Shown in pieces: positions 49,026 through 58,700 of a stretch of 64,000 bases of DNA; positions within the stretch are counted from its first letter, which is position 1; every line of letters begins with the position of its first letter. The position numbers and the translations under genes are program-made. The notes below the pieces were generated by a model. It saw only the letters and a program-made list of their open reading frames with translations. It was not told where the DNA came from and ran no database searches. Origin of the DNA: Spirochaetia bacterium (GTDB lineage: Bacteria; Spirochaetota; Spirochaetia; SZUA-6; Bin103); contig OZ241863.1 of the NCBI GenBank assembly GCA_965203055.1, positions 73,313-137,312 of the forward strand, written 5' to 3'.

Positions 49026-50899
49026 GACAGCGCGCGCTCCAATGACCGGTTGAGGCGACCGGCGAAGGCGACCGGATCAGCGAGCTGCGCGCCCTCGATG
49101 AGCAACGCCTGCTCCAGCAGCAGGCGGCTGGCGTCCTCCAGCAGCCCCGCCTCCGCGCCGGCCGCCAGCAGCGCTTCCAGCCTAGTTACGATGGCGTGGT
49201 CGGGATTGATCTCCAGCACCGGCTGGAGGCGATCCGCCTCCTGACCCAGCGCCCGCAGCACGCTCTGCATCGACAGCGTCGGATCGTTCTCGTCGGCCAC
49301 GATGCAGCTCGGCGAATCGCTCAGCCGGGCGCTCGCCTTCACCTCTTTCACCTCGTCTCCGAGGACTTCCTTGATGCGCTTGAGCAACGGTTCGACCTTC
49401 CTGGCGCGTTCCTTGGAAACGTCGTCGGTCTTGAGGTCGTCGGCGGTGTCGCTGCGATTGACCGACTTGAGTTCATGCTCCCGGTACTTGCCAATGGTGG
49501 GGATCACGAAGGCATCGATCTCGTCGTCCATCAGCAGCACTTCGAGGTTCTGCTCCCGGTACACCTCCAACAGAGGCGACCGGCGCAGGTTGGCGCCGCG
49601 CTCCCCGGTGAGGTAGTAGATCGCCTTCTGCTCCGGCTGCATGCGGCCGGCGTAATCGTTCAGGCTGGTCAGCTCGTCGTGGGCGGTGGTGCGAAAGCGG
49701 ACCAGCTCCAGCAGCGTCTCGCGGTTGGCGTAATCCTGGTACAACCCTTCCTTGAGGGGGCGCCCGAACTCGGTCACGAACTTGGTATACCGCTCGGGGT
49801 TGCCGGTCAGGGACTGGAACTCGCTCAGCAGCTTCTTGACCGAAGCGTTGCGGATGCCGGTCAACACGCGATTCTGCTGCAGCAGCTCACGGCTCACGTT
49901 GAGCGGCAGGTCTTCGGAGTCGATCACGCCGCGCACGAAGCGCAGCCAGGCGGGCAGCAACTCCTTGTCGTCGTCGGTAATGAACACCCGCTTCACGTAC
50001 AGCTTCACCCCGGGCCGATAGTCGGCGTAATACAGGTCGGCAGGCGCCTTGTTCGGCACGAAGAACAGCGTGGTGTACTCCTGGGTGCCCTCGGCGTGGG
50101 TGTGGACGTAGTGCAGCGGGTCCTCGTCGTCATGCGTCAGGGAGCGGTAGAACTCGAAGTAGTCGCTGTCCGCCAACTCCGACTTGGGGCGCTTCCAGAG
50201 CGCGGACGCGGCGTTGATCTGCTCGCTGCGCGGCTCCGTCTTCTTGTCCTCCGTCTCCGTGTAGTGCAGATGGATCGGATAGGGGATGTGGTTGGAATAC
50301 TTCTTGACCAGGGAGTCGATCTGCCAGCGCGCGGCGAACTCGGCGCCGCCGTCGTTGAGCTGCAGGGTGACCGTGGTGCCGGCGCCGGTGCGCTCCGCCG
50401 GAGTGATCTCGTAGGAGCCGCGCCCGTCGCTGACCCAGCGGTGGGCCTGGCTGTCGCCGGCGCGCAGGCTGAGCACCTCGACCCGGTCGGCCACCATGAA
50501 GCTGGAGTAGAACCCCACCCCGAACTGCCCGATCAGGTTGCTGTCGCCGGGCGCGCCCTCCTTGGCCTCCTGCTGCATCGCGTCGAGGAACCGTTTGGTC
50601 CCGGAGCGCGCAATGGTGCCCAGGTTGTCACGCAGCTCGTCGGCGCTCATGCCGATGCCGCGGTCCGCGACCGTCAGGGTCCGCGGCTTGGCTTCGGCGT
50701 CGAAGGAGATGTCGATGCGCGGCGTGAACGGCGCCCCCTTGAAGTCGGCGTCGGTGAGCGTCAGGTAGCGCAGCTTGTCCAGGGCGTCGGAGGCGTTGGA
50801 GACCAGCTCGCGCAGAAAGATCTCCTTGTGCGAGTACAGCGAGTGGATGATGAGGTCCAGCAGTTGGCTGACCTCGGTCTTGAAACGGTGTTTGGCCAT
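49022..50899 (-). CDS. htpG: Molecular chaperone HtpG (Hsp90)
   Basis: [12 protein letters not shown] (Bergerat ATP-binding motif), 625 aa. Confidence 0.9.
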
Positions 50900-50965
50900 C
50901 GTCTGCTTGCGGTTCCGTCCTTGTTCAGCGTAACTGGGTCGGCCCGGGCGGCCGGGCGTGGGCGC

Positions 50966-52051
<1,086 letters not shown>

Positions 52052-52171
52052 GACGCACCCTCAGAGTAACGATGCGGCGCCGCCGCGGTCAAACCCCGCC
52101 AGCCTCCCCCATCCCCACCGCCGCCGGTTCACCCCGCGCTTTGTGGGCACGAGCTGTACTCCCCGGATCCC

Positions 52172-52200
52172 TTGACCAAGTTGGCTCTATTTCCTATCGT
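52172..52200 (+). promoter_or_regulatory. Putative sigma-70-type promoter of the higB-higA operon
   Basis: TTGACC, 17 nt spacer, TATCGT, about 37 nt upstream of the higB ATG in an AT-richer spacer. Confidence 0.35.
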
Positions 52201-52236
52201 GCTACTTGAGTTGATTTCGGGAGCGAAGTATATTGA

Positions 52237-52530
52237 ATGAGAATTATCGCCAAGAGGACGTTGCGGGAGTTCTGGGAGCGTCACCGGGACTCGGAACCTC
52301 CGTTGCGCGCTTGGTATCAGGAAGTCGCGCGAGGGGATTGGGATACGCCGGCCAAGTTGAAGACGCGGTATCCGAGCGCCAGCATCGTCGCCGGCAACCG
52401 CGTGGTGTTCAACATCAAGGGCAATACCTACCGGCTGGTAACGAAGATCAACTATCGATACCGCGCCGTCTACGTGCGGTTCCTGGGAACCCACGCCGAG
52501 TATGACGCCGTGAACGTGGAGGAGGTGTGA
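52237..52530 (+). CDS. higB: HigB-type toxin (E. coli K-12 HigB-like, RelE/ParE superfamily)
   Basis: 97 aa. …VVFNIKGNTYRLVTKINYRYRAVYVRFLGTHAEYD closely parallels E. coli HigB (…YVFNVGGNELRVV…YIREVMTHKEYD). The toxin-first gene order matches higBA. Confidence 0.7.
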   Translation: MRIIAKRTLREFWERHRDSEPPLRAWYQEVARGDWDTPAKLKTRYPSASIVAGNRVVFNIKGNTYRLVTKINYRYRAVYVRFLGTHAEYDAVNVEEV

Positions 52531-52531
52531 G

Positions 52532-53746
52532 ATGGCCGAGGTCAAGCCGATCCGGACCGAGGCGGGCTATACGGCCGCGCTCGCCCGGGTCGACGAGCTG
52601 ATGGACGCCGAGCCAGGGACCCCGGAAGGCGAGGAACTCGATGTGCTGGTTGACTTGGTGGAGTTGTACGAGAGCAAGCACGTGCCGATGGAGTATCCGA
52701 GCCCCATCGCCGCGCTCGAGTTCCGCATGGAGCAGGCGGGGTTGGCACCGCGCGATCTGGTCCCTTACCTCGGCAGCCGCGCCAAAGTGGCGGAAGTGCT
52801 CTCCGGCAAGCGCGCAATCACCATGCCGATGGCGCGCGCCCTCCATCGGCATCTGGGAATACCGGCCGAGGTGCTGCTGCGCGAGCCAACTGCAATCGCC
52901 GAGCAACCGTTGGCGAACATCGAATGGAGCCGCTTTCCTCTCAGGGAGATGGCCAAGCGGCAGTGGATTCCGGATCTCCCTGACCTCGCGCAGCGGGCGG
53001 AAGCGCTGGTCGGCGATTTGATCAAGCGCTCCGGCACCCGGCAGGTGGCTCCTGTCGGTCTGTACCGCAAGAACGACCGCCTCCGTACCAACGCCAAGAC
53101 CGATTGGTATGCGCTCCAGGCGTGGTGCTGGCAGGTGTTGGCGTCGGCGAATCGGAATCCGCCGACGACGAAGTACGCGCCGGGCACGGTCACCTTGGAG
53201 TTCCTCGGACAGGTCGCACGGCTGAGTCGTGAGGAGGAGGGCCCGCGTCTTGCCCACGAGTTCCTGGCAACCCACGGCATCCCGCTGGTCGTCGAACGGC
53301 ATCTGCCGCGCACCTATCTCGACGGAGCGGCGCTCCGTCTCGGCGGCCGGCCGGTGGTCGCTCTGACCCTGCGCTACGACCGCATCGACGGCTTCTGGTT
53401 CTGTCTGCTGCACGAGCTGGCGCACGTTGGCCGCCACCTGGACCACGATGTCGGCGCCGCCTTCGTCGACGACCTGTCACTGCGCAAGCCGGATGGGACA
53501 GCCGAAGACCGGCGCGAGGCGGAGGCGGACGAATGGGCCGCGGAGGCGCTCATCCCGGGCTCGGTCTGGGAAGCGAGCGCGGTGAGGAATGAGCCGACAC
53601 CGCTGGCGGTCATGGGCTTGGCCCAACGCCTGCAGATTCATCCGGCCACGATTGCCGGCAGGGTCCGGTACGAGCGCCGGAACTATCGGCTGCTGTCCCA
53701 ATTCGTCGGCACCGGTAAGGTCCGCCGACAATTCGGCATTACATAA
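52532..53746 (+). CDS. higA: HigA-type HTH antitoxin fused to an ImmA/IrrE (DUF955, HEXXH) metallopeptidase domain
   Basis: The N-terminal about 120 aa aligns by eye with E. coli HigA (…LGSRAKVAEVLSGKRAITMPMARALHRHLGIP versus IGSKSMVSRVLSGKRKLTLEHAKKLATRFGISP). The C-terminal about 280 aa carries LLHELAHV…E…EADEWAAEALIP, the ImmA/IrrE zinc-peptidase signature. Confidence 0.65.
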   Translation: MAEVKPIRTEAGYTAALARVDELMDAEPGTPEGEELDVLVDLVELYESKHVPMEYPSPIAALEFRMEQAGLAPRDLVPYLGSRAKVAEVLSGKRAITMPMARALHRHLGIPAEVLLREPTAIAEQPLANIEWSRFPLREMAKRQWIPDLPDLAQRAEALVGDLIKRSGTRQVAPVGLYRKNDRLRTNAKTDWYALQAWCWQVLASANRNPPTTKYAPGTVTLEFLGQVARLSREEEGPRLAHEFLATHGIPLVVERHLPRTYLDGAALRLGGRPVVALTLRYDRIDGFWFCLLHELAHVGRHLDHDVGAAFVDDLSLRKPDGTAEDRREAEADEWAAEALIPGSVWEASAVRNEPTPLAVMGLAQRLQIHPATIAGRVRYERRNYRLLSQFVGTGKVRRQFGIT

Positions 53747-54348
53747 ACGGTCTGAGGGCGGGCAGGCGCCGGTGGCCTGCAGTTGGCGTCGAGGGTAGTC
53801 GCTAGAGCTCAGCTCGCTGGGGGTGCGCCCGACTGCGGGCATGACGGCGCGGCGGAGGGCGGGGAGCAGCGCCTGCAGGTAGCGGGCCACCGTGCGGTGG
53901 TCGGCCAGCACCCGGCCCACGCCGTCGTCGATGAGGGCGCGCACGGGGAGCGGCGCCGCGGCCGGTACTTCGTGCCGGTCGAGCACGCGCGGCGCGCCGT
54001 GCGGGGTGACCAGCACGTCCACCCACAGGTCGCGCCAGGCGAAGCGGCCGGCGGCCAGCGTCACTTGGTCGCAGATGTTGAAGTAGAGCGCGCGCGGAGC
54101 GGTCAAACCGGGCGCCATCCAGGCGTACAGGTTGTAGGGGCGGTCCTCCCAGAACAGGCCGAAGGTTACCGTGCCGCGCGGCAGATGGATGCCGCCCGGA
54201 TCGTAGGCGCGGTCGCTGACGAAGTGCAGAACGCCGTGGCCCGGGCGCAGCAGCAGCAGGCGGGCGCGGAACCGGTTGCGGCGCCCGTCGGGGTAGCGCT
54301 TCTCCTCGTAGCACCAGCGCGGGTAGCCGCGGCCGGTCACGGGCGCCA
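53477..54348 (-). CDS. DUF402 (FomD-like nucleoside-phosphatase-fold) domain protein; 3' end uncertain
   Basis: …YFNICDQVTLAAGRFAWRDLWVDVLVTPHGAPRVLDRHE matches the DUF402 motif (Y.N…DL.LDV.V.PDG…LDEDE). Start at MAPVTG overlaps the atl stop. The frame stays open to 53477, which would place about 270 nt antisense over higA. Confidence 0.4.
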
Positions 54349-54693
54349 TTGGCTGGCGGCCAGATCGAGGCGCCCCGCGCCGTCGACCGCAACCCCTTCG
54401 GCCAGCAGCAACGCGCGTTGCCGTTCCAGCCCGTTGCCCGGCGGCAGGCGAATGACGCCGCCGGCGCCGATCACGCGATGCCAGGGCAGCGCGCGGCCGG
54501 CGTAGACCCGCAACGCCCAGGCCACTTGGCGCGCCGCCCGCGGATTCCCGGCCTGCGCCGCTACCTGACCGTAGGTGGCAACCCGCCCGCACGGGATCGC
54601 CGCCACCACCCCGGCGATGCGCTGCAGCAGACCTTCCGCCGCCGCAGGCGCGGAGCGGCTCGGCGCGCCGGCGCCGGCAACGTGCGCCGCCAC
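54337..54693 (-). CDS. atl: Alkyltransferase-like protein (Atl; MGMT-fold DNA-binding domain with Trp replacing the active-site Cys)
   Basis: 118 aa. PWHRVIGAGG in place of the MGMT PCHRV, as in E. coli Atl/YbaZ. Confidence 0.7.
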   Translation of the reverse strand: MAAHVAGAGAPSRSAPAAAEGLLQRIAGVVAAIPCGRVATYGQVAAQAGNPRAARQVAWALRVYAGRALPWHRVIGAGGVIRLPPGNGLERQRALLLAEGVAVDGAGRLDLAASQWRP

Positions 54694-54696
54694 GGG

Positions 54697-55509
54697 TCAG
54701 CGGTCGACCGGATCCTTGAGGCGAACCATGATGCGTTGCCGGAGGCGGTCCCGCTTCACCTCGAAGGCGTCGTTGCGCGCGGCGATGATCTTGACCAGCT
54801 TGGAGGAGCCGTAGGTGCGCGGGTCGAACGCCGGGTCCAGCTTCTTGAGGTTGTTGGCGATCTTGCGCAGGTCGACCCACGCCGACTCCTGATCCACCAT
54901 CTCATGGGCCTCGGTGACGATGGAGATCAGGTCGGCGTCGACGCTGGCATCCTCGATCCCCATACTGCCGTTCGGACCCGGATCGCCGGCCGCCGGCTCG
55001 GGAGTCGCGCCGGCCGGGTTGTCGCGCCGCCGCGGCCGCCGGCGCCGGTCGCCCTCGTAGCTCTTCATGATGTTCTCGACGTAGCGAAACTCGTTGCAGG
55101 CGTTGACGAACGGCTTCGGGGTATGGTGCTTGCCGATCCCGACCACCTCCATTCCCGCCTCCCGCAGACGAATCGCCAGCTTGGTATAGTCGCTGTCGCT
55201 GGAGACGATCACGAATCCGCCGACGTGATCGCTGTAGAGGATATCCATGGCGTCGATGATCATCGCCGAGTCGGTGGCGTTCTTGCCGACCGTGTTGCGG
55301 AACTGCTGGATCGGCTGAATGGCGTGTACCGGGAGCTTCTTCTTCCACGAGTCGAGCTGCGGCGTGGTCCAGTCGCCGTAGATCCGGCGAATGGTGACCA
55401 CACCGAACTTCACGACTTCCTTCATGACGTGTTCGATTTGCGAAGCCTGCGCGTTGTCGCCGTCGATCAGGACGGCCAGACGGCGCTCGGCGCTAATGGT
55501 TGGACTCAT
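54697..55509 (-). CDS. NYN-domain nuclease with C-terminal OST-HTH/LOTUS domain
   Basis: N-terminal LAVLIDGDNA … VIVSSDSDYTKL (NYN motifs). C-terminal about 70 aa (…LISIVTEAHEMVDQESAWVDLRKIANNLKKL…) resembles an OST-HTH winged helix. Confidence 0.6.
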   Translation of the reverse strand: MSPTISAERRLAVLIDGDNAQASQIEHVMKEVVKFGVVTIRRIYGDWTTPQLDSWKKKLPVHAIQPIQQFRNTVGKNATDSAMIIDAMDILYSDHVGGFVIVSSDSDYTKLAIRLREAGMEVVGIGKHHTPKPFVNACNEFRYVENIMKSYEGDRRRRPRRRDNPAGATPEPAAGDPGPNGSMGIEDASVDADLISIVTEAHEMVDQESAWVDLRKIANNLKKLDPAFDPRTYGSSKLVKIIAARNDAFEVKRDRLRQRIMVRLKDPVDR

Positions 55510-56140
55510 ATGAGGTTCCTCGAGGTGTTGGTATTGGTATGTGGTGACCGGCGGCCGGGCGCGCAGCCGCGGTCAGCTCGGCGAAGCGGAAGCAGTCGAT
55601 CAGGTGGTCGTTGACCACTCCCACCGCCTGCAGATGGGAGTACACGATGATGGGTCCCACGAAGCGAAAGCCGCGCGCTCGCAGGTCTCGGCTCACCCGC
55701 CGCGACAGTTCGGTTGCGGCCGGAACGTCGCCGGCGGCGCGCCACCCGCCCACCACGGGTTGGCCGTCGACGAAGCGCCACAGATAGGAGCAGAAGCTGC
55801 CGAACTGCTCCTGCACGGCGAGAAAGGCGCGCGCGTTGTCGATCGACGCCGCCACTTTCAGCCGGTTGCGCACGATGGCCGGGTTGGCGAGCAGCGCCGC
55901 CTGCTCGGCCGCGCCGTAACGCGCCACCCTGGCTACCTCGAAATCCTGGTAGGCGCGCCGATATCCGGCGCGCTTATGCAGGATGGTGCGCCAACTCAAC
56001 CCCGCCTGCGCCCCTTCCAGCACCAGAAACTCGAACTGCAGGCGGTCGTCCTCCCACACCGGCGTACCCCATTCGGCGTCGTGGTAGGCGCGCATCGACT
56101 CGTCTCCGGCGCACCAGTCGCAACGGCGGCGCCCGCCCAT
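55493..56140 (-). CDS. tag: DNA-3-methyladenine glycosylase I
   Basis: 215 aa with the zinc-binding C…C…H…C pattern, YHD.EWG and …WRF… typical of Tag. Confidence 0.8.
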   Translation of the reverse strand: MGGRRRCDWCAGDESMRAYHDAEWGTPVWEDDRLQFEFLVLEGAQAGLSWRTILHKRAGYRRAYQDFEVARVARYGAAEQAALLANPAIVRNRLKVAASIDNARAFLAVQEQFGSFCSYLWRFVDGQPVVGGWRAAGDVPAATELSRRVSRDLRARGFRFVGPIIVYSHLQAVGVVNDHLIDCFRFAELTAAARPAAGHHIPIPTPRGTSYESNH

Positions 56141-56913
56141 CAGCCGGCGCCCCCCTCACGGTCGCCGGCCGCGGCATGGCGGTTGATCAGCTCCGTGTTC
56201 ACCGTACCCGCGGCGCGATCGATGAACGCCGCCAGCGCGGCCACGCGGTGGTCGCGATCGAGCAGGTCCCACAGTTCCCGCACCGCCTGCCGCGGGGTGG
56301 CGCCGAGCGGCAGGAGAAACGGCTCGCCGGCGAACGGCGGCAGCGGCGCGCCGTCGCCCTCGTAGGTAGTGATGCAGTGCCCCCAACCGGGACGCGGGCT
56401 GCGGTAGGTGAAGTGCTGGAAGCTCACCTGCCGCGGGTCGCCGGCGACGGTCTTGATGATGGCCAGTTGATAGCCCCCGCGGCCGCCGGCGGCAACCACG
56501 CCCGCAATGCGCGGCGTGTAGTGGGGCGGGTCCGGCTCCACGTCCCGGCGCGCGAAGGCGGCGGCGAAGGAGTCGCCGGCCGTCATCCCGGCGGCGATGG
56601 TCTCCGTATGGTCGCCGTTGCCGACCACGTGCGCGGCGCGGCCGGCCTGCGCGGTACGGGCGACCGCAGTCGCCCGATACAGAATGAGGCTGTCGCCGCC
56701 GTCCTGCGGCGCCGCGCCGGCCGCCGCCACGACCCGCACCGCGCCGCCGCGGTCCCGGACGAAGCGCCGGTTCCGGCTGCGGTCGCTGCGCCCCATGATC
56801 CAATATAGCTGCACGCCGGCGGCCCCGTCCGCGCTGCAGCCGACCACGAGGCCGCGCCCGGGATAGGCGGTCCGCGCCAGCCAGGCGCGGTCTTTGCCTA
56901 CCCCGGCTAGCAT
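56140..56913 (-). CDS. IMP cyclohydrolase PurO-like family protein
   Basis: Start at MLAGVGKD. …GRGLVVG…LYWIMGRSDRSRNRRF resembles the archaeal-type PurO signature. Overlaps the tag start. Confidence 0.45.
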   Translation of the reverse strand: MLAGVGKDRAWLARTAYPGRGLVVGCSADGAAGVQLYWIMGRSDRSRNRRFVRDRGGAVRVVAAAGAAPQDGGDSLILYRATAVARTAQAGRAAHVVGNGDHTETIAAGMTAGDSFAAAFARRDVEPDPPHYTPRIAGVVAAGGRGGYQLAIIKTVAGDPRQVSFQHFTYRSPRPGWGHCITTYEGDGAPLPPFAGEPFLLPLGATPRQAVRELWDLLDRDHRVAALAAFIDRAAGTVNTELINRHAAAGDREGGAG

Positions 56914-56957
56914 GGCGCACTCGCCCGCGGGCGCGGGCGCCAGCGGCCCGCCTTTAC

Positions 56958-58364
56958 ATGGGATTGGGGAGCGGTTACCGTCGCGCCGTGAGCGAGCACG
57001 GCGCCTTCGAGGCGGCCGCCGAACGCCTGCTGAGCCTGACCGACCTGCGCCGCGGCAGCGCTCAGGGCGACCGCCGGCGCTACCGCGCGCCGCGCATGCG
57101 CGCCTTGCTGGAACGGTTGGGGAACCCTCACCTGGCGGTTCCCACCATCCACGTCGCCGGCACCAACGGCAAGGGCACCACCGCGGCAATGCTCGCCTCG
57201 ATTCTGAGCAGCGCGGGCCTGCGCGCCGGCCTGTTCACCTCGCCCCATCTTCACTCCCTGGTGGAACGCATCCGGGTAGGCATGAGTCCCATCAGCCGCG
57301 CGCAGTTCGCCGCCCGGTTCGCCCAGGTCTGGCCCGCGGCGCAAGCGGTCGCCCGCTACTCCGGGTTGCCCGGCCCGGCGGCCCAGGTCACTACGCTCGA
57401 ACTGTTGACGGCGATGGGGTTGCATCACTTCCGTGAGGTAGGGGCGGCGTACCAAGTCATCGAGGCGTTCGTCGGCGGCCGCGACGACACTACCAATATA
57501 GTGCAGCCGGTACTGTCCGTAATCACCAACATCAGCCGCGATCACGTCCCGGCGCTCGGCCGCACGCTGGTCGATATCGCCCGCGCCAAGGCCGGCATCA
57601 TCAAACCGGGGGCGGCGGTCGTGGCGGCGCCGCAACTTCCCTCCGTGCAGGCCGAGCTGGAACGCGCGGCGCACCGCCGGGGGGCGGCGCTGGAGGCGGT
57701 TGCGAGCGTGCCGGCGCCGCCCGCCGCCAACCCGTTGGCGCAGTCGCAGCAGCACCTGCGCTGGCGGGGGCGCCATGGCGAGTACCGCGTGGCGCTGCCG
57801 TTGCGCGGTGCGGTACAGCGCGAAAACGCTGCCGTAGCCATTACCGCCGCGGAACGGTTGATCGATCTCGGCGCGCCACTGACCAGTGCGGACATCCGGC
57901 GCGGGCTGGAACGGGTCACCTGGCCGGCACGGTTCGAACTGCTGCAGCGGCAGCCGGTGCCGGTAGTGGCCGACGGCGCCCACTGCCCGCACGCCATGGC
58001 GCGGCTGGTGGCCGAGCTGCGGCTGGTGCGGCCGCGGCCGCGGCTGCACGCGCTGGTCGGCGGCCAGCAGGGTCACGACGCCGGCGCAACGCTGCGCCTC
58101 CTGCACCCGCTCGCGGACTCGGTCACCGCGGTCCGCTCGCGCCACCCGCGCGCCCTGCCGGCCGCCGAGCTGGCGGCCGCGCTGCAGGCGGCAGGCATCG
58201 CCGCGCGGGCCAGCGAACTCCCGGTAGCGGACACCCTGCGGGAGTTGCTGGCCGCGGCCGCCGGCACCGACCTGGTGCTTGCCACCGGCTCACTGGCGGT
58301 CGCCGCGGAAGCGCGTGAGGCGCTCTTCCCGGCGATCGCCGCCGATCGCTATCCCGCGGCCTGA
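56958..58364 (+). CDS. folC: Bifunctional folylpolyglutamate synthase/dihydrofolate synthase
   Basis: P-loop HVAGTNGKGTT, Mur-ligase-type domains. The true start may be an internal GTG. Confidence 0.8.
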   Translation: MGLGSGYRRAVSEHGAFEAAAERLLSLTDLRRGSAQGDRRRYRAPRMRALLERLGNPHLAVPTIHVAGTNGKGTTAAMLASILSSAGLRAGLFTSPHLHSLVERIRVGMSPISRAQFAARFAQVWPAAQAVARYSGLPGPAAQVTTLELLTAMGLHHFREVGAAYQVIEAFVGGRDDTTNIVQPVLSVITNISRDHVPALGRTLVDIARAKAGIIKPGAAVVAAPQLPSVQAELERAAHRRGAALEAVASVPAPPAANPLAQSQQHLRWRGRHGEYRVALPLRGAVQRENAAVAITAAERLIDLGAPLTSADIRRGLERVTWPARFELLQRQPVPVVADGAHCPHAMARLVAELRLVRPRPRLHALVGGQQGHDAGATLRLLHPLADSVTAVRSRHPRALPAAELAAALQAAGIAARASELPVADTLRELLAAAAGTDLVLATGSLAVAAEAREALFPAIAADRYPAA

Positions 58365-58390
58365 AGGAACCTGGCGCCCGGCAGTCCGGC

Positions 58391-58570
58391 TCAGATTATG
58401 TCGGTGTCACGCACCGTCTTGCGCTTCGCCTTGCGGGCGTTCTCCACGGCCTCGTCACACACCTTGCGTACTTTCTCCGACAGCGCCTCGGCCACCGAGG
58501 CCGCCGTGTTCATTCCCGCGTCTTTGATGTAGCTCTTGACCTTGGAAGTAACTATCAAGATTTCTGCCAT
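58391..58570 (-). CDS. DUF1931-family small histone-fold-like protein
   Basis: 59 aa, MAEILIVTSKVKSYIKDAGMNTAASVAEALSEKVRKVCDEAVENARKAKRKTVRDTDII. Lower GC than the surroundings. Confidence 0.4.
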   Translation of the reverse strand: MAEILIVTSKVKSYIKDAGMNTAASVAEALSEKVRKVCDEAVENARKAKRKTVRDTDII

Positions 58571-58700
58571 GCTGTGAGCTCCTTGTGCTGGATGGATAGT
58601 GTCAGGAACCGACGCGCGAACCATACCCGAAAGGCAAGGCGCGCGTCACCGGTCCTGCTGCGCTTGTTGCGCTTTGCGCGGGCGTGCTTGCCAAGCCAAC

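Noticed and set aside
53477-54880. Upstream 177 codons of the 467-aa minus ORF (before MAPVTG)
   Set aside because: They overlap the atl gene in another frame and translate to Arg/Gly/Pro-rich low-complexity sequence. The DUF402 gene starts at the internal Met with an ATGA-type overlap to atl.
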